This document shows positions 25,181-38,295 of a stretch of 64,000 nt of DNA, piece by piece. The notes under the pieces were generated by a model. The model did no database searches and was not told the DNA's origin. It was given only the letters and a program-made list of their open reading frames with translations. Position 1 is the stretch's first letter; the number at the start of each line of letters is the position of its first letter. The position numbers and the translations under genes are program-made. Source of the stretch: Camelus dromedarius (lineage: Eukaryota); contig NC_087436.1 of NCBI RefSeq assembly GCF_036321535.1, forward strand, positions 116,314,001 to 116,378,000. Direction: 5' to 3'.

Positions 25181-25559
25181 CACAGTCACCAAGGAGGAAA
25201 GGTACTGAACAGTCTTGTCACAGTCTACCAAAGAAGGTAGGCATCAAGGAACATGATGGATATGATGAATAGATCGGTGTGTCTCAAGAATAATGCACCC
25301 AGAGAGGAATTGGGAAGGAGCTGTCAGGAGGTGTATTGAAGTTATAAGAGAAGATCTTGAAAATATACAGGGATCCATTAACAAACTAAGGAAGCTGCCC
25401 AGATGAGAAATGGTAAGAGCCTCAACTCAGAGAATAGCAGTGGAATTTAAAGGAGGAAATGACCAAGATGCATTTAAAATGTAAAATCCATATGACTTGC
25501 CAGTTCCTTGTCCATTGGGTAAAAGAAATATGGATGCACCTGACACCTGTCACTTTCTG

Positions 25560-26005
25560 ATGCTCAGTGTCTTTCTCTCATGCACTGGTCAAGTCTCCAA
25601 TCATGTGGGCAAATCAGGGGAATGGACAGAATTCAGGTTGGCCAACTGGAGTGCCCCATCTTGTTGGGGTGAAGGGCACAGCTAGTAAAGACTGATATAG
25701 GTTGTCTGGGATTACTGGGAAAACGATCTGCTCTTTCCTAGGGAAAATGGAAGAACAACTTAACCCCCAAGCTACCCTTTGCCGTATTTTTCTAAATGGA
25801 GAACAACAGTTGGAGAATGAAGTTAGCTTAGAGAAAATTCTAGAGGAGACAAGGGAAAGAAAAGCAAGCACCTGAAGATACTGCTGGAATCCTCAGATCC
25901 AGCTGAGTCAAAAGCTGTAATTCAGGTAACACAGACCACTATAGTCAGTCTTTTTGGAAGCTTTTTTGAACTGTACTTCCAACCCCTACAATCAAAAGAC
26001 TACTG
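25560..26005 (+). mobile_element. Old MLT1 (J/K-like) LTR
   Basis: gagaatgaag...gaatcctcagatccagctg...acaatcaaaagac resembles the 3' half of old MLT1. Confidence 0.55.
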
Positions 26006-27651
26006 TCCTGTGCAATAGAGAAATTAAAGATGACTCTGAGGTTCTCAGCTGGGCATCTTGGAAAGGGCGATGAGATGCTGTTACTGGCATGAGGACCACA
26101 GTTGAGAATTTCTGGTGACAGCACACATCCTGTTTTAGACTTGCAGCAGTGAAGGCACCTGTCAGTCAGCCCAGTGATCAGCAGATTCTTCTCACTCTGA
26201 CACACACCAGCACTTACACATGTGACATCCCAGTGGACACACCCCATGCTAAGCACAGCCATCAGTCCACTAAATCTAATTCTACCGCACCCTTGCTCAC
26301 TCAAGATGCATTTCATAATGCAATCAACCTCACTGATTTACATGTTTCAAATTAATCATTTGATATCATGAGTTAATTAAATATTAATAGTGACAAGTGA
26401 TTCCCATCACACTTCAGGACTGATCACAGTGCTTGAGTCTGATCTACATCATGGTTGTGACCTGATGCTTTTGCCTGCCGGGGTGCAGAGATTTGGAGAG
26501 AAGACAGAGCTTGAGTTGAAAACTCTGGAATACGCTAGGGCTTTGACAGCCTTGTTCCAGCTGCTGTGACCGAGGATAATTCAAGCTACAATGTGAAGCC
26601 CCTAATTCTAAGTGTAATACAAGTAGCTTTTCTCTCCCCAGTGTGTTCTATTGATTGCAGACAAAATGTAATTACCTTCTGCGATATACTTTTCCCATCT
26701 TAACTCCCTCCACATGTGAAATGAACTGTAACAGACAAATTAGCTTTTTTTTTCTTTCCAGCTCCTAACATTCTTAGATTTTTTTTCTCTGATCTGATGA
26801 GTCTCTTCTCCTACCAGTATAGCAGTGCAGTTGAGGATTAATGATACAAGGCCAGATAGAAGTAATATGCAGTCTGGTGCAGTATCTGGAGCTATACTGG
26901 AATAGAATGCCACAGCTCCAGGGGTCCCCTGAAATCATCACATACTAAATCCTGTCTTACCCAGTGGGAAACAGGGAACCTCAAAGTACACAAATCACCT
27001 AAGATGGCTCACACTTTGTTAGTTACAGGGTTCTTTCCTGAATCCTGGTTCTTTCCATTGTTTAAGGTTTGATTAAGTGCTGAATATATCATATTTTGTA
27101 GGTATTTCTCATGGCTTTACATGGTTTTCTAGTCACTCATAAGTCCCATGTCAGTGTAATTTGCTGTAATCAGAGCAAGAGGATGCCCAGCTCAGCTTTC
27201 TTCCATTGATCCACCCAGGACCGTCTTTGTCAGCAGAAGTGGCAGCATCAGAAGGTGTGCTCAGTTGCACCATGACAAACACACAATCCTTAAAGTTCAA
27301 AAATCAGTGCACCTCAGCCAGTGCCCCATTTAGGCATATAAAACAGGTTGTTTGATATTAAAAATTTTCTTGTAGGATAAGCATCAGAGTGCTCTACAGT
27401 GTGTGAAGGATGTTCAGTGGGTTGTTAGGAGTGGCAATTAAGCAAGATACAAAGGCTTCTGTCACAGAACAGACCTGGAGGACCTGTTGAATCCTTTTAG
27501 GCAAGAGTTGTTCCTTCACTTTTAAAAACAAATTCACAAAGAATATTGTAACAAGAATAAAAAACTCAAAATGCAGCCCACAATCTAATCACAAAGCAAA
27601 CCTATTATTTCTTATTTTCCATATTTATTTTCTGAATGGGTCCCTTTACAT

Positions 27652-27700
27652 CATGCGCATGCATGTGTGTGTGTGCGCGTGTGTATACACGTATATGCAC
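27652..27700. repeat. 49-nt alternating purine-pyrimidine tract
   Basis: catgcgcatgcatgtgtgtgtgtgcgcgtgtgtatacacgtatatgcac, seen directly. Confidence 0.95.
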
Positions 27701-27942
27701 TTACACACCCAGGTCTTTTAAACCTTTTTTTATTTTACTTACCTCAAGATCACTGCCTGTTGCTAAACTGTATTTGTACTAATCATGACTAATTCTCACT
27801 TGATATTGAAGTGAATGGGTATAATATAATTAAACATATTTTTTTCCATAAATGTTACTTCTTTTGCAAAAATTAATGAAAGAAGGATGAACTAGGCACG
27901 AGATGGGAGGCTCTTAATGTAACTGTTGGGTTTTCGTTTGTC

Positions 27943-28387
27943 TGTTAATGAGTATTGGGTGGCGGCAGCAACTGCTGGAGAAATTAACAAAGACAACCAA
28001 AATGAGAACAGGCAGAGGCTGTTAATTTAGACTTTGCAAGGGCCTCCACCACCACCACTTGGGTTTAGCAGAGACTCAAAGGCAGTCAGAGGAGTGGGGA
28101 AGACTTACAGAGGAGAAAGAGAAAGCTTCAGGAGTGCGCTGAGCGGAGGTTCGGGAAGCTGGTTTGTAGGCTTCCTGGCTGAGTCCATGTGCTTGATTTC
28201 AGGGCCACATGTTTTTGCCTTTCTCTGATTGGCCCTGAGTTGAAAGTGGGCGGGGCAAAAATCAGGGAAGCAGGCAGTCACTGACCAAGTCCTGACCTCT
28301 TGCAGCCAGATGCTGCAGAGATTGTTGGTCACAGTCCTGTTGTTACCTGTGGTCTGGCCATTGTCCACCCTTACTGTCTGTCTCCCA
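27943..28387 (-). mobile_element. ERV1-class LTR (laurasiatherian type)
   Basis: TG..CA ends. The motifs gcagagactcaaaggcag.cagaggagtggg, ctctgattgg (CCAAT box on minus), ccaagtcctgacc and ggtctggccattgtcc match an LTR family recalled from memory. Confidence 0.75.
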
Positions 28388-28839
28388 CTGGGTATAAGTT
28401 CACATGATTGCTTACTGCCCGCACTAAACTTAGAGTTAGTTTCTGAGTCCTGGGTGTGAGTGAACCTTAAGCATAAAAGAATGTCTCTGTGGGAAAATAG
28501 AACATCTTTAATTAATTCCTGTTACCACTTTGGCAGTTATTTACTGAGATAAATTAATTAGCAATAGCTGTTTGGTCCAAGTTCATAAACAGTCACTGTA
28601 TTGACCCTTTTGTGTTTTCTTTGCCTGTTTCTGCTAACATAAATATGATAAAAAGCTAAATCAACCTAGAGGCAGCCTATGTTGGTCTTTCAGGCAGCCA
28701 CCAATATCAGTTCAACCAGCTCAACTTGATATGTTTTATTCTAACTCCAGTTTGTAATTTTAGATCAGTAACCATTTCCCATTCATCCTACTTAAGATCG
28801 TGGGTTCACAATATTTCACCCCTTATCCCTTTTAAGTCA

Positions 28840-29045
28840 TAAATAAATTTATTGTGAAGTGTACATTTGAAAAGGTAAAATCCATGCATGGACCGTTTAC
28901 AAATAACCATGCAGTGAACACTTGTGCAAGCAAAACTCAGGTTCAGAAATGGACTGGGCTAGTTCTTCAGAGGACTTTGAAGCTCACCTCCAGGTTCACG
29001 ATTCTCTTTCCCCAGAGCCAACCAGTTTTATGATTTTTTGTAACA
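28840..29045 (-). mobile_element. Old L1M(C/E) 3' UTR fragment
   Basis: tttattgtgaagtgtacat...gtgaacacttgtg...actcaggttcagaaat resembles the antisense L1ME 3' end. Confidence 0.45.
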
Positions 29046-29959
29046 TGAGTAACCCATTGTGCGAGGACTGCCTGTTATATTTTGTTCCCTGTTCTGTAAG
29101 TCTTTTTCTGTCTACATGTTCCTATAAGAGTCCTCTGTCTCAGCCTTTCTGCCTCCCAAGAGACTTTGCTGAAGTATAAAACTAATATCTCATGAAATGC
29201 ATTTCTTCCAGAGGTGGTTTGGTGCAAACCATCACTTATAAGTGGAGCAACTGAAAACTTGAAAGGATTCTACCTGACTGAGAATCAGACTCATCGGACG
29301 TAATGGTACACACCCCACCCCACACACACGCTGATATCTACTCACAAGTGATGGGAGCAGCTTAATGAAGTCTATTAATCTGAAAATCAGAGGCAAACCA
29401 TAGAATGTATAACCACTTGCTTTGAGTTTCCTTTTAAACGAATTCAGTATCTCCAGGTTTCCTAATGGGCACCTCTCCCTGAAATTTCCCCAAATCCAGT
29501 GGGCATAGGTGGACAGTCAAGGGAATATGAGAGTAACTGTGGCAACATTTCTTCCCTTTTGAACCCACTGAATAACTCCAGGAGAGACAGAGAAGACCCT
29601 GCTATTTGGCCGAGGAAACTCAGGAAAGGCAAAGGTTGGCCTGAAGTAAAAGTACAAATGGCAGAACTGGAATTTCCCCTCGACTTCCAACATCGCACCC
29701 TGGGCTCTTCCTCCCAGAACACAGTATTTCCCAATATCACATCAAGCAGGCAGGAGAAAGAGAAAAGCTGCCCCAGGCCCATTCTCTTTGCTTGAAACAG
29801 AAGAAATAGAGGTTCCACATCTGGGCTTGATCTAGAACAGAATAGAATCTAAACTTTTCTAATCTGTGAATAAATGGTTGAATAAAAATGTGTTCTTTCA
29901 GGGAGGAAGGCTCTAATCCTCCTTAAATGCACATGCGACATTAAAGAATGAGCTTCTCT

Positions 29960-30160
29960 TTCATTCTTTCAGCATTTGACAAATGCTTACTCCTTAAGAC
30001 ATCTATGAGATAAGCAGAACACTTATCACTAATACTATTTTGCAAAGATGTAATCCAAGCTCAGACAAAGGCAAGTGACTTGGCATCTTACAGAGCTAAG
30101 AGCTGACGAAGTTTGGTATTAACCCTGGTCCTTGTCAGTGTGAGTCTAGGCTTCCCTGCC
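29960..30160 (-). mobile_element. MIR SINE
   Basis: ctatgagataagca...tattttgcaaagatg...aagctcagacaaaggcaagtgacttg. Confidence 0.65.
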
Positions 30161-30293
30161 AAGGCTCCTCTCTGAGCGCAGTGATGGCCTCTGTTCCTGA
30201 CCTCATGACTGAAGATTAGTATTTGTTAATGCTTAACACAGGAGTAATGCAGAGAAGCTACCCATGCCTGGTCTTGCTTGATTGGAATTCCCT

Positions 30294-30296
<3 letters not shown>

Positions 30297-30334
<38 letters not shown>
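30297..30334. repeat. Poly(T)38 homopolymer
   Basis: Seen directly in the sequence. Confidence 0.97.
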
Positions 30335-30335
<1 letters not shown>

Positions 30336-32684
30336 GCTGGGGGAATTATGGTCATGGTTGAAAATCAAACTAACTGAAGTGCCAAGTCAAGAGAAAATGA
30401 GTGTTGCTATTCCAGCTACTCAATCAATGAAGCAAACCTAACAAGCAGTCTGTGCTAACGTATAGACTTGCGTCCTCCTAGCTCAAAACATGGCTTAGCA
30501 AAATGAAAAGAAAGCAGGCACTCGGTTCCTTGCCCAGAGGAACTTAAAAATCTTGCTTCGGAGAGAATAATAGCATACAAAAAATAATAATGCAACATAG
30601 AGCTTTCAGTCCTTACAATGTATTCTTTGGTGTGTGTGTATATATATATATATACAAAACATGTAAATGTGACACACTTCGTGGGCTCATTTGTGCTCCA
30701 TGACTCTATGATAGGACTTATGTCTTCATTCAGAATCTGTGACTCAGAATAGATGACCAACTTATTTGAGTTTACACAGTTCATAAGTAGTGGAGACCAA
30801 GATATTCTTACTTTTAACTTCCTATCCAAATCTCAGGCTCTGGATTACAGTAAGAATGCCCCCTAATTTCAGCATTCTAGCTTCAAGCTTATATCTTGGA
30901 AGAATAAATGGAAAGCGGAAAAATAAGTAAAAATAAAGAGACAGAGTTCAGGAAAGGAGTTACACATGTGTATGCATGTGAGCAAGCAGGAAAATTCTGT
31001 GTCTCTGCTCTCACCTGGAAAAATGGTATTTTGATGCCTGCAAGCATTTGGCAAGAGAATGGTGAGTCTGTAGCACTGACAAATCAATTGCAAACAACAT
31101 CTTAACTGGAATGTACAGAGAAAATAGAAATTTTTCCCTAGTTTACTTCATCTGATGCTTTTTACATAGACAAAGAAGTCACTTCAACTCTCTTAGGAAA
31201 TTGCTTTCTGAGTTTTCAACAATAAATTTCTCCAGCGGCACCTTTGTATCTTACAAAGTTGCAAAGTTTTCCGTGTGATGCCACTCTTAGAAGAAAGAGT
31301 GTAAAATGCAATTGCTTTGGTAACATTTTGCAGCAACATCAAGAAAGACTTTGATGTCCCTGTGGTTTCAAAACTCAAATAATATCAACTGTGTTTCCTG
31401 AGCTTTTTTTTTTTTCTTTCTCCCCAATCCACATTCGTATTAATCACAAGGTGCTGACAACTTGACAAATATTCCTTTGCATGGTGTTCAACTGATATTT
31501 TCAAGAGCCCAACAATATATCAAATGGGGGTGAAAAAGAACTGATAAAAATAAATTTCCCACTGTTGATAGCCAAAGCTTTAGATCTCTAAAAATTGTTT
31601 CTAGCTACAAGGTAGCGTTACTTCAAAGAGATGAAAATCGCCCAAAAGGAGTGGAAAAACTTCAGCTCTTTCTGAACCACATTTCAATCTAGGGGAAAGA
31701 AAGGCATCTACATTATTAATCTTGGGGGGAAAAAACCCAGCAGTGTTATGAACTTTCACAGTGTGTTTATTATTTCCTTTTGGACACAGCGCTCCAGGAA
31801 GCCCAGCCAGGTGACGATCTTACATCCAAAGCAGATGGCCTTTAACATGATCATACAGATTTTCCTTCACAATGAATCTCAAGAATCCTGTAGGATTTAT
31901 AACAAAAACTGTTCATACATATGAAAAGACAGATGTTTCTTTAGACACTGCTCACCAGTTCTTTGGCTGAATCCAGGAAGAGCCATTAGCTATGACTTTA
32001 TTTACAAGCAGTTAAGTTATGTGGGACTTTAGTCTCAACTAATCAACATCAGAACACCTTTTAAGTGGAAATTTTGTTTTTCTCTGGGTGGAGGACGGAA
32101 GTCTTGTGTTTAGGAGGTTGGGGAATTAAGTCCCATTTCATATATATATATATATATTTTTTTTTTTTTTGTCAGTGAAGCAAGACACTCATCAAAACAT
32201 GTATATTCCATCTAATAAACAGTGAATAGACTGACTATACAGAGAAAGAGTGAATTCTCAAGTTTGAATATTGTTATTGTTTCCAATACTGCTCCAGAGG
32301 GCAAGAAACTGAATTCTAATCCAGAATCTATCACTCACTAGCTTCTGAGTTCATCTTGATCAATATCAAAAGACATTTGAAATAATTCAGCGTATCACAA
32401 ACCTAACTGTCCAAATCACCTGAACAGTTTTTTAAAATGTATTTCCAAGTCCCAAACCAGCTGTATGGCATCAGAATTAATGGGAATAGGGCTAAAAGAG
32501 AAGCTGTAGTTAAAAAAACAAAAAACAAAAAACAAAAACTCCCCAAGTGATTTCTCATTTCCTCACATCTAGGAGAGAAAATAAAATGCATTTTTCACAG
32601 TTGGTTATACAAATACTCCTCCAACTGAATCTGTCTCCAGCTATATGGAAAAGCCTTAGCTGGAACACTGTTTTTCTTATTTTG

Positions 32685-32832
32685 ACACACATAAAGACAC
32701 ACATGCAGATAGTCACTCACACTTACATTCATTCCCACATATGTCTAAATATATCTACCCACACACACTCACAAATACTCACACTCATATATTCACACAT
32801 AGATATGCACACTCACACTTCCTCCACACAGA
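32685..32832. repeat. Degenerate (CA)n-rich low-complexity tract
   Basis: Repeated acacac/actcac units. Confidence 0.85.
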
Positions 32833-35439
32833 TATCATTATGCTATTGATCAAATATTGTGTGTGTTATTAATCTATGCATGCATAGGTGTGTATCATGA
32901 TCTTTATCAATTTGTTGAGCAGTTCATCCATTTACAGGATCTTAATTTTTAATATTTTTCACTGGCACAAGGTATTTAATGTACACCAATAATAAAGCAC
33001 ACAGTAGGTACAAGTACTAAATAGCAATAATTTTAATTCATTGTTAATAACAGATTCTTAGTAATTAGGAATGTATGTTTCCTGGAAAGAAATATGACCA
33101 TCACAATGTGTACAATATCAGGAGAGTGGAAATGACTCAAATATTGGGCAGTTAAATGATCAAATGCTACATGTCAGTCCTGGATAGATGGGGTTGAAGG
33201 CTATCTAAGTCATTGAAAATTATACTCATAAAATTTTGTTTAATAATGAAAAATTGGGGGTAATTATATTAATTTTAAAATTCAGATTAAATGTGTGTGC
33301 CTATTATGATTTAAATGAGTGTTTTTTTTTCTGTCCCTCCATTTCTTCCTGCCTTATTTTCTTTTCAACAGGAGACAATTGCAATGCAAAACATTTCATG
33401 CATTTTTTTAAAGAAGGATTTAAAAAGAAACTGCACTGATTGAATTGGAGAAAAGGGTGCAGATCTTCATGAGTTGAATAATTCTGTAGAGACCCCCAAG
33501 CCAGGTGAAGGTGGCAAACCAAAGGGTGAGGGTATGCCAAAGTCGACTCTGCTCTGAGCATGTCTGAAATCCTTTGGTGACCATGAACTTGCAGTCTGAT
33601 AGCCTGCCAGGCAGACAGGAAGTAAAGCCCGAGGCCTGCCCAATGTGGGGATTCTAGGAGACCTTCATAAAGATGAGATTTCGAAGGTCTAAATTCTCAG
33701 TGAAAGGATGAAGGCTAAATCCCATACTGAAAGGGCTGCCTGTCTTGATTTTGGAAGGGAAAAGGGGAAAATCTTTTAAAAATCATAATCAGAAACTTCC
33801 CTTTATATTTGTTTTGGCAGATATTTAACTGCCTGTATTATGGAAAAACCTCAGTCTTTTTATTCAAAAGGATCTATCATTGATGTCCCCCAGATGGATG
33901 ACTTAAACATACTCTAAATCTTAGTGAAGCAGTGCAAAGAGTTTCAAAGAAACTAAAGGCCCAAAGAACGCAGACACTCCATTGTGTGCTAGCTCTCCTT
34001 CTCTCTTCCCCTCTCTCTCTCCATCTCTGTCTCTATGTCTCTCTCTCTCCCTCCCTCATCCTTCTCTGCCTTTCTCCCTAACACACACATATACAATAAA
34101 AAAAAAAAAAAAACAACCAAACAAGGAAACCCCATCATCACGAAGTACCTGAGAAACAGTGGGAACAACAAATAAGACAAGCAGAATTACAAAGATTTCA
34201 GGTTTCAGAATTATGAAATATAGAGTTTAAAAACATGTTTTATAAATAAGAAATAAAGGAGCTGCTAAAGAATATATGTAAGGAGGAAGAGACTATAAAC
34301 ATGACAAAATAGATCTTCAAATCATTTAAATAGAACTTTTAGTAATCAAAACCACAGAAATTAAATCTTATAAGCAAAATAAACATGCTAAGCAAAAGGT
34401 TTAGTAAGAGATAAAGAGTTAATGAACTGGAAGATAAAATGTAAAAAAAAAAAAAAAAAATCCAGGACTCAGCACAAGGAGACAAAGAAAAGAAAGATAT
34501 GAAAGAGAGGACAAAGTATGAAGATCTAGAATGTTCTAATCAGCATCAGAAGCAGATAATAGACACAAGAAAATGTTCAGTGAGACAACAGCTGAAGACA
34601 TTCAAGAATTGTTGAAAACATAAATTTCAGATCCCAAAGCCCAAATAACTCAAACAAGATAAATAAACACAAATTCACCCTCAGAGACACCCTAATAAGA
34701 CTATAGAAAACTAACTAAAATGAGAAGACTTTAAATAACCTTGAGAAAGGGACAGGGTAATAACTGACTTCTAGCAGCAGCATTAGAGGTCAGTTAGTGG
34801 ACATGGCAGTGGACATCCAAACTGCTCAAGGTATTTAACAGTCAACTTCAAATTCCATCTGGAGCGATGTTGTTTCTCAGACATGAGTGATATAATGATA
34901 TTTTAAACAAATAGTGACTGAGAGAATTGACCACCAGCAGCCTTTCATCAACAAAATTGTAATGTTTGTACCTTGAAAGAAAGAAAGTGATCTGAGAGGG
35001 AAGGTCAGCCTTGCAAGAAGGAATGGTGAGAAAAGAAATTAATGACTATATGGGTGAGTAAAAGTTAACATTGACTCAATAAAACAATAACAATAATACC
35101 TAACTGTTGGTATTGAAAAAAAACAAAATCCAAATAACACTCTGCACAAAAATAGCATCTAAATTGGAGGAGAAAAATTTGGTTCCCTACAAACACGAAA
35201 AAAATGAACAAAATTCTATAATTAATACTTAGCAATAAAACAAATACGACATAAATACAAAATCATAAAAATGATAAACAGCACAATATCTTAAAGGTAA
35301 CAGATATTACTGGGGGAAGAAACAAGATATCGTGAACAGTTTTATGCTGATTAATGTGCAGGTTAAAGTAAATATATTTCTAAAATCAACTTAAGAAGAA
35401 ACATAAAACTTGACTATTCCTCTAATCATTAAGAAATTA

Positions 35440-35660
35440 GCCAGTTTGTATCAGTGTTGTTTTCTAACTTTGATAATTTTACTGTGGTAATAAGGCAGAA
35501 TGTCTGTTGTTAAGAAACACATTGATTTATGATAAAGCAAATATGGTCAAATGTTAAGCACGGGTATATCTGAGTGAAGAGTGTATCAAAATTTAGTGTA
35601 TTATTCTTACAATTTTTCTGTGTGTCTGAAATTATTTCAAGACAAAGAGTTAAATAAAAG
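35440..35660 (+). mobile_element. L1ME-type 3' UTR end inserted in the older L1
   Basis: ttgtatcagtgtt...gataaagcaaatatggtcaaatgttaa...tattcttacaatttttctgtgtgtctgaaattatttcaa...aaataaaa. Confidence 0.75.
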
Positions 35661-36022
35661 AAGTTAACTGACAATATTTAACTTCATCTCCCAAAACATC
35701 AAATCTGGAGACTTTATGGGTGTGCTTTATCAAAGTCAAGGAATAAATCAATTCAACCTACACAAACTCAGAGAACAGGAAGAATAAAGTCTTTTAATAG
35801 TTTTATGGAGCTAACATATGTTTAAGTGTGAAACTAGAAAAGCCAACCTTATTAATAAAAGCAAATGCAAAATTAGACAAAAAAAAGTTATTGACTTAGC
35901 ATTAAAATATTAATCAGTGCACCTTACTGAACAACAACAAAAAAATTATTAGATTCAATTAACCATCCACTCATGAACTAGGAAAAAAAATCTTTTAGCC
36001 AGTTAAGAATGAAAAGGACCTT

Positions 36023-38295
36023 GAATTTAGCCCAGGGTCACAAGGATGGTTCAACATATGCAAATCAATGTGATAGACCATATCAAGAAAAGAAAAGACA
36101 AAAACCACATAATTATTTGCATAGATGCAGAAAAAGCATTTTCAAAAATTCAACATCCATTCATGATTAAAAGCTCTTGCCAGAGTGGGTACAGAAAGAA
36201 CATATCTCATAATGAAGAACATAATGAAGTCATCTATGACTAACCCACAGCCAACATAATACTAAACAGTGAAAAGATAAAAGCCTTTCTGCTAAATTCT
36301 GGAACAAGACAAGGATGCCCACTCTCACCACTTCTATTAAATATAATATTGGAAATACTAGCCATAGCAATCAAACAAGAGAAACAAACAAAAAGTATCC
36401 AAATTGGAAGAGAAGTGGTAAAATGATCACTATGTGCAGATGACATGATCCTACACGCAGAAAATCCTAAAGACTCCATGCAAAAACTACTAGAGCTAAT
36501 AAACAAATTCTGCAAGGTAGCAGGATACAAGATTAATATAGAGGAATCTGTTGCATTTCTTTAAACTAACAAAATATCAGAAAGAGAAAATTTAAAAAAA
36601 AAAATTCCTTTTAAAATTGCATTAAAAAACCCTAGGATTAAACCTAACCAAGGAAGTGTAAGTCTTAACAACTGAAAACTATAAAACATTGATAGAGAAA
36701 ATCAAAGATGATTCAAATGGAAACATATCCCATGCTCTTGGATGGGAAGAATTCATATAGTTAAAATGGCCATACTACCCAAAAATATCTACAGATTTAG
36801 TAAAATCCCTATCAAATTATCCAAGATGTTTTTCACAGAAGTAGAAAAAATAATTCTAAAGTTTTTATGGAACCACAAAATTAACCTTCAACAAAGGAGG
36901 CAAGAATATACAATGGAGAAAAAACAGACTCTTCAGCAAGTGATGCTGGGAAAGCATGTAAATCAATGAAGTTAGAACACTCCCTCACATCATACACAAA
37001 AATAAACTTAAAATGACTTAAAAACTTAAACATAAGACAGACCACTGTAAATCTCCCAGAAGAGAACATGGGAAAAATATTCACTGACATAAATCATAGC
37101 AATATTTTCTTAGGTCAGTCTCCCAAAGCAACAGAAATAAAAGCAAAAATAAACAAACTGGATCTAATCAAACTTAAAAGCTTTTGCACAGCAAAGGAAA
37201 CTATGAAACTATGAATAAAATGGAGACACAGCCTGGAGACTGGGAGAAAATATCTGCAAACGATTTGACCAACAAGGGATTAATTTCCAAAATATACAAA
37301 CTCATTTAACTCAATAACAACAACAACAACAAAAAATTAAAAAATAAATGGGCAGAAGACCTAAATAGTCTAAATAGACATTTCTCCAAAGACATACTGA
37401 TGGCCAATAGGCACGTGAAAAAATGCTCACCATTGCTAATTATCAAAGAAATGCAAATCAAGGCTACAATGAAGCACCACCTCACACCGGTCAGAATGGC
37501 CATCATCAAAAAGTCAACAAATAATAATAATTCTGGGGAAGGTGTGGAGTAAAGGGAACTCTCCTGTAATATTGGTAGAAATGTAAATTGGTGCAGCCAC
37601 TATGGAAAACAGTATGGAGGTCCCTTAAAAAACGAAAGGAAAAGTTGCCATAGGATCCAGCTCCTGGACATGTATCTGGAAAAGATAAAAGCTCTAATTC
37701 AAAAAGATACATGCACTCCAATATTCACAGTGTCACTATTTACAATAGCCAAGACGTGGAAGCAACCTAAGTGTCCATCAACATATGAATAAAGAAGATA
37801 TATATACATCCTGATATATACACACACAATAGAATATTACTCAGCCATAAAGAGTGACATAATGCCATTTGCAGCAACATGAGTAGACCTAGAGATTATC
37901 CTACTAAGTGAAGTAAGTCAGACTGAGAAAGACAAACATACGATATCACTTATATGTGGAATCTAAAAAATGATAAAATGAACTATTTACAAAACAGAGA
38001 CAGACTCACAGACACAGAAAACAAACTGATGGTTACCAAATGGGAAGGGGGAGAGAGAGAAATTGGGAATATGGGATTCACAAATGCACACTATCATATA
38101 TAAAGTTAACAACAAGGATTTACTGTATAGCACGGAAGTTGTATTCAATATCTTGTAATAAAATATAATGGAAAAGAATAAAAAGAATATAGATACATTC
38201 TCACATATGTATATGTATATATATCATTAAATCACTTTGCTATACATTTGAAACTAATACAATATTGTAAATCAATTATACTTCAATTTTAAAAA
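36023..38295 (+). mobile_element. 5'-truncated cetartiodactyl-type L1 (ORF2 RT/C-terminal part and 3' UTR), inactivated, with 15-bp TSD
   Basis: Translations include [36 protein letters not shown], (L)CADDMI and [13 protein letters not shown]. The 3' UTR reads aacaaggatttactgtatagcac...tgaaactaatacaatattgtaaatcaattatacttcaa. TSD is aagaat(g/t)aaaaggac at 36005-36019 and 38296-38310. Confidence 0.96.

Larger units (their letters stand above)
24375..26090 (-). mobile_element. L2 element fragmented by two MLT1 insertions
   Basis: Collinear antisense L2 pieces at ~24375-24480 (attcattcatt...ggacatggtctctgcctttgtggagttcaca), ~25350-25510 (gcatttaaaatgtaaaatccatatgacttg) and ~26015-26090 (aaagatgactctgaggttctcagctgggc). 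Confidence 0.6.
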
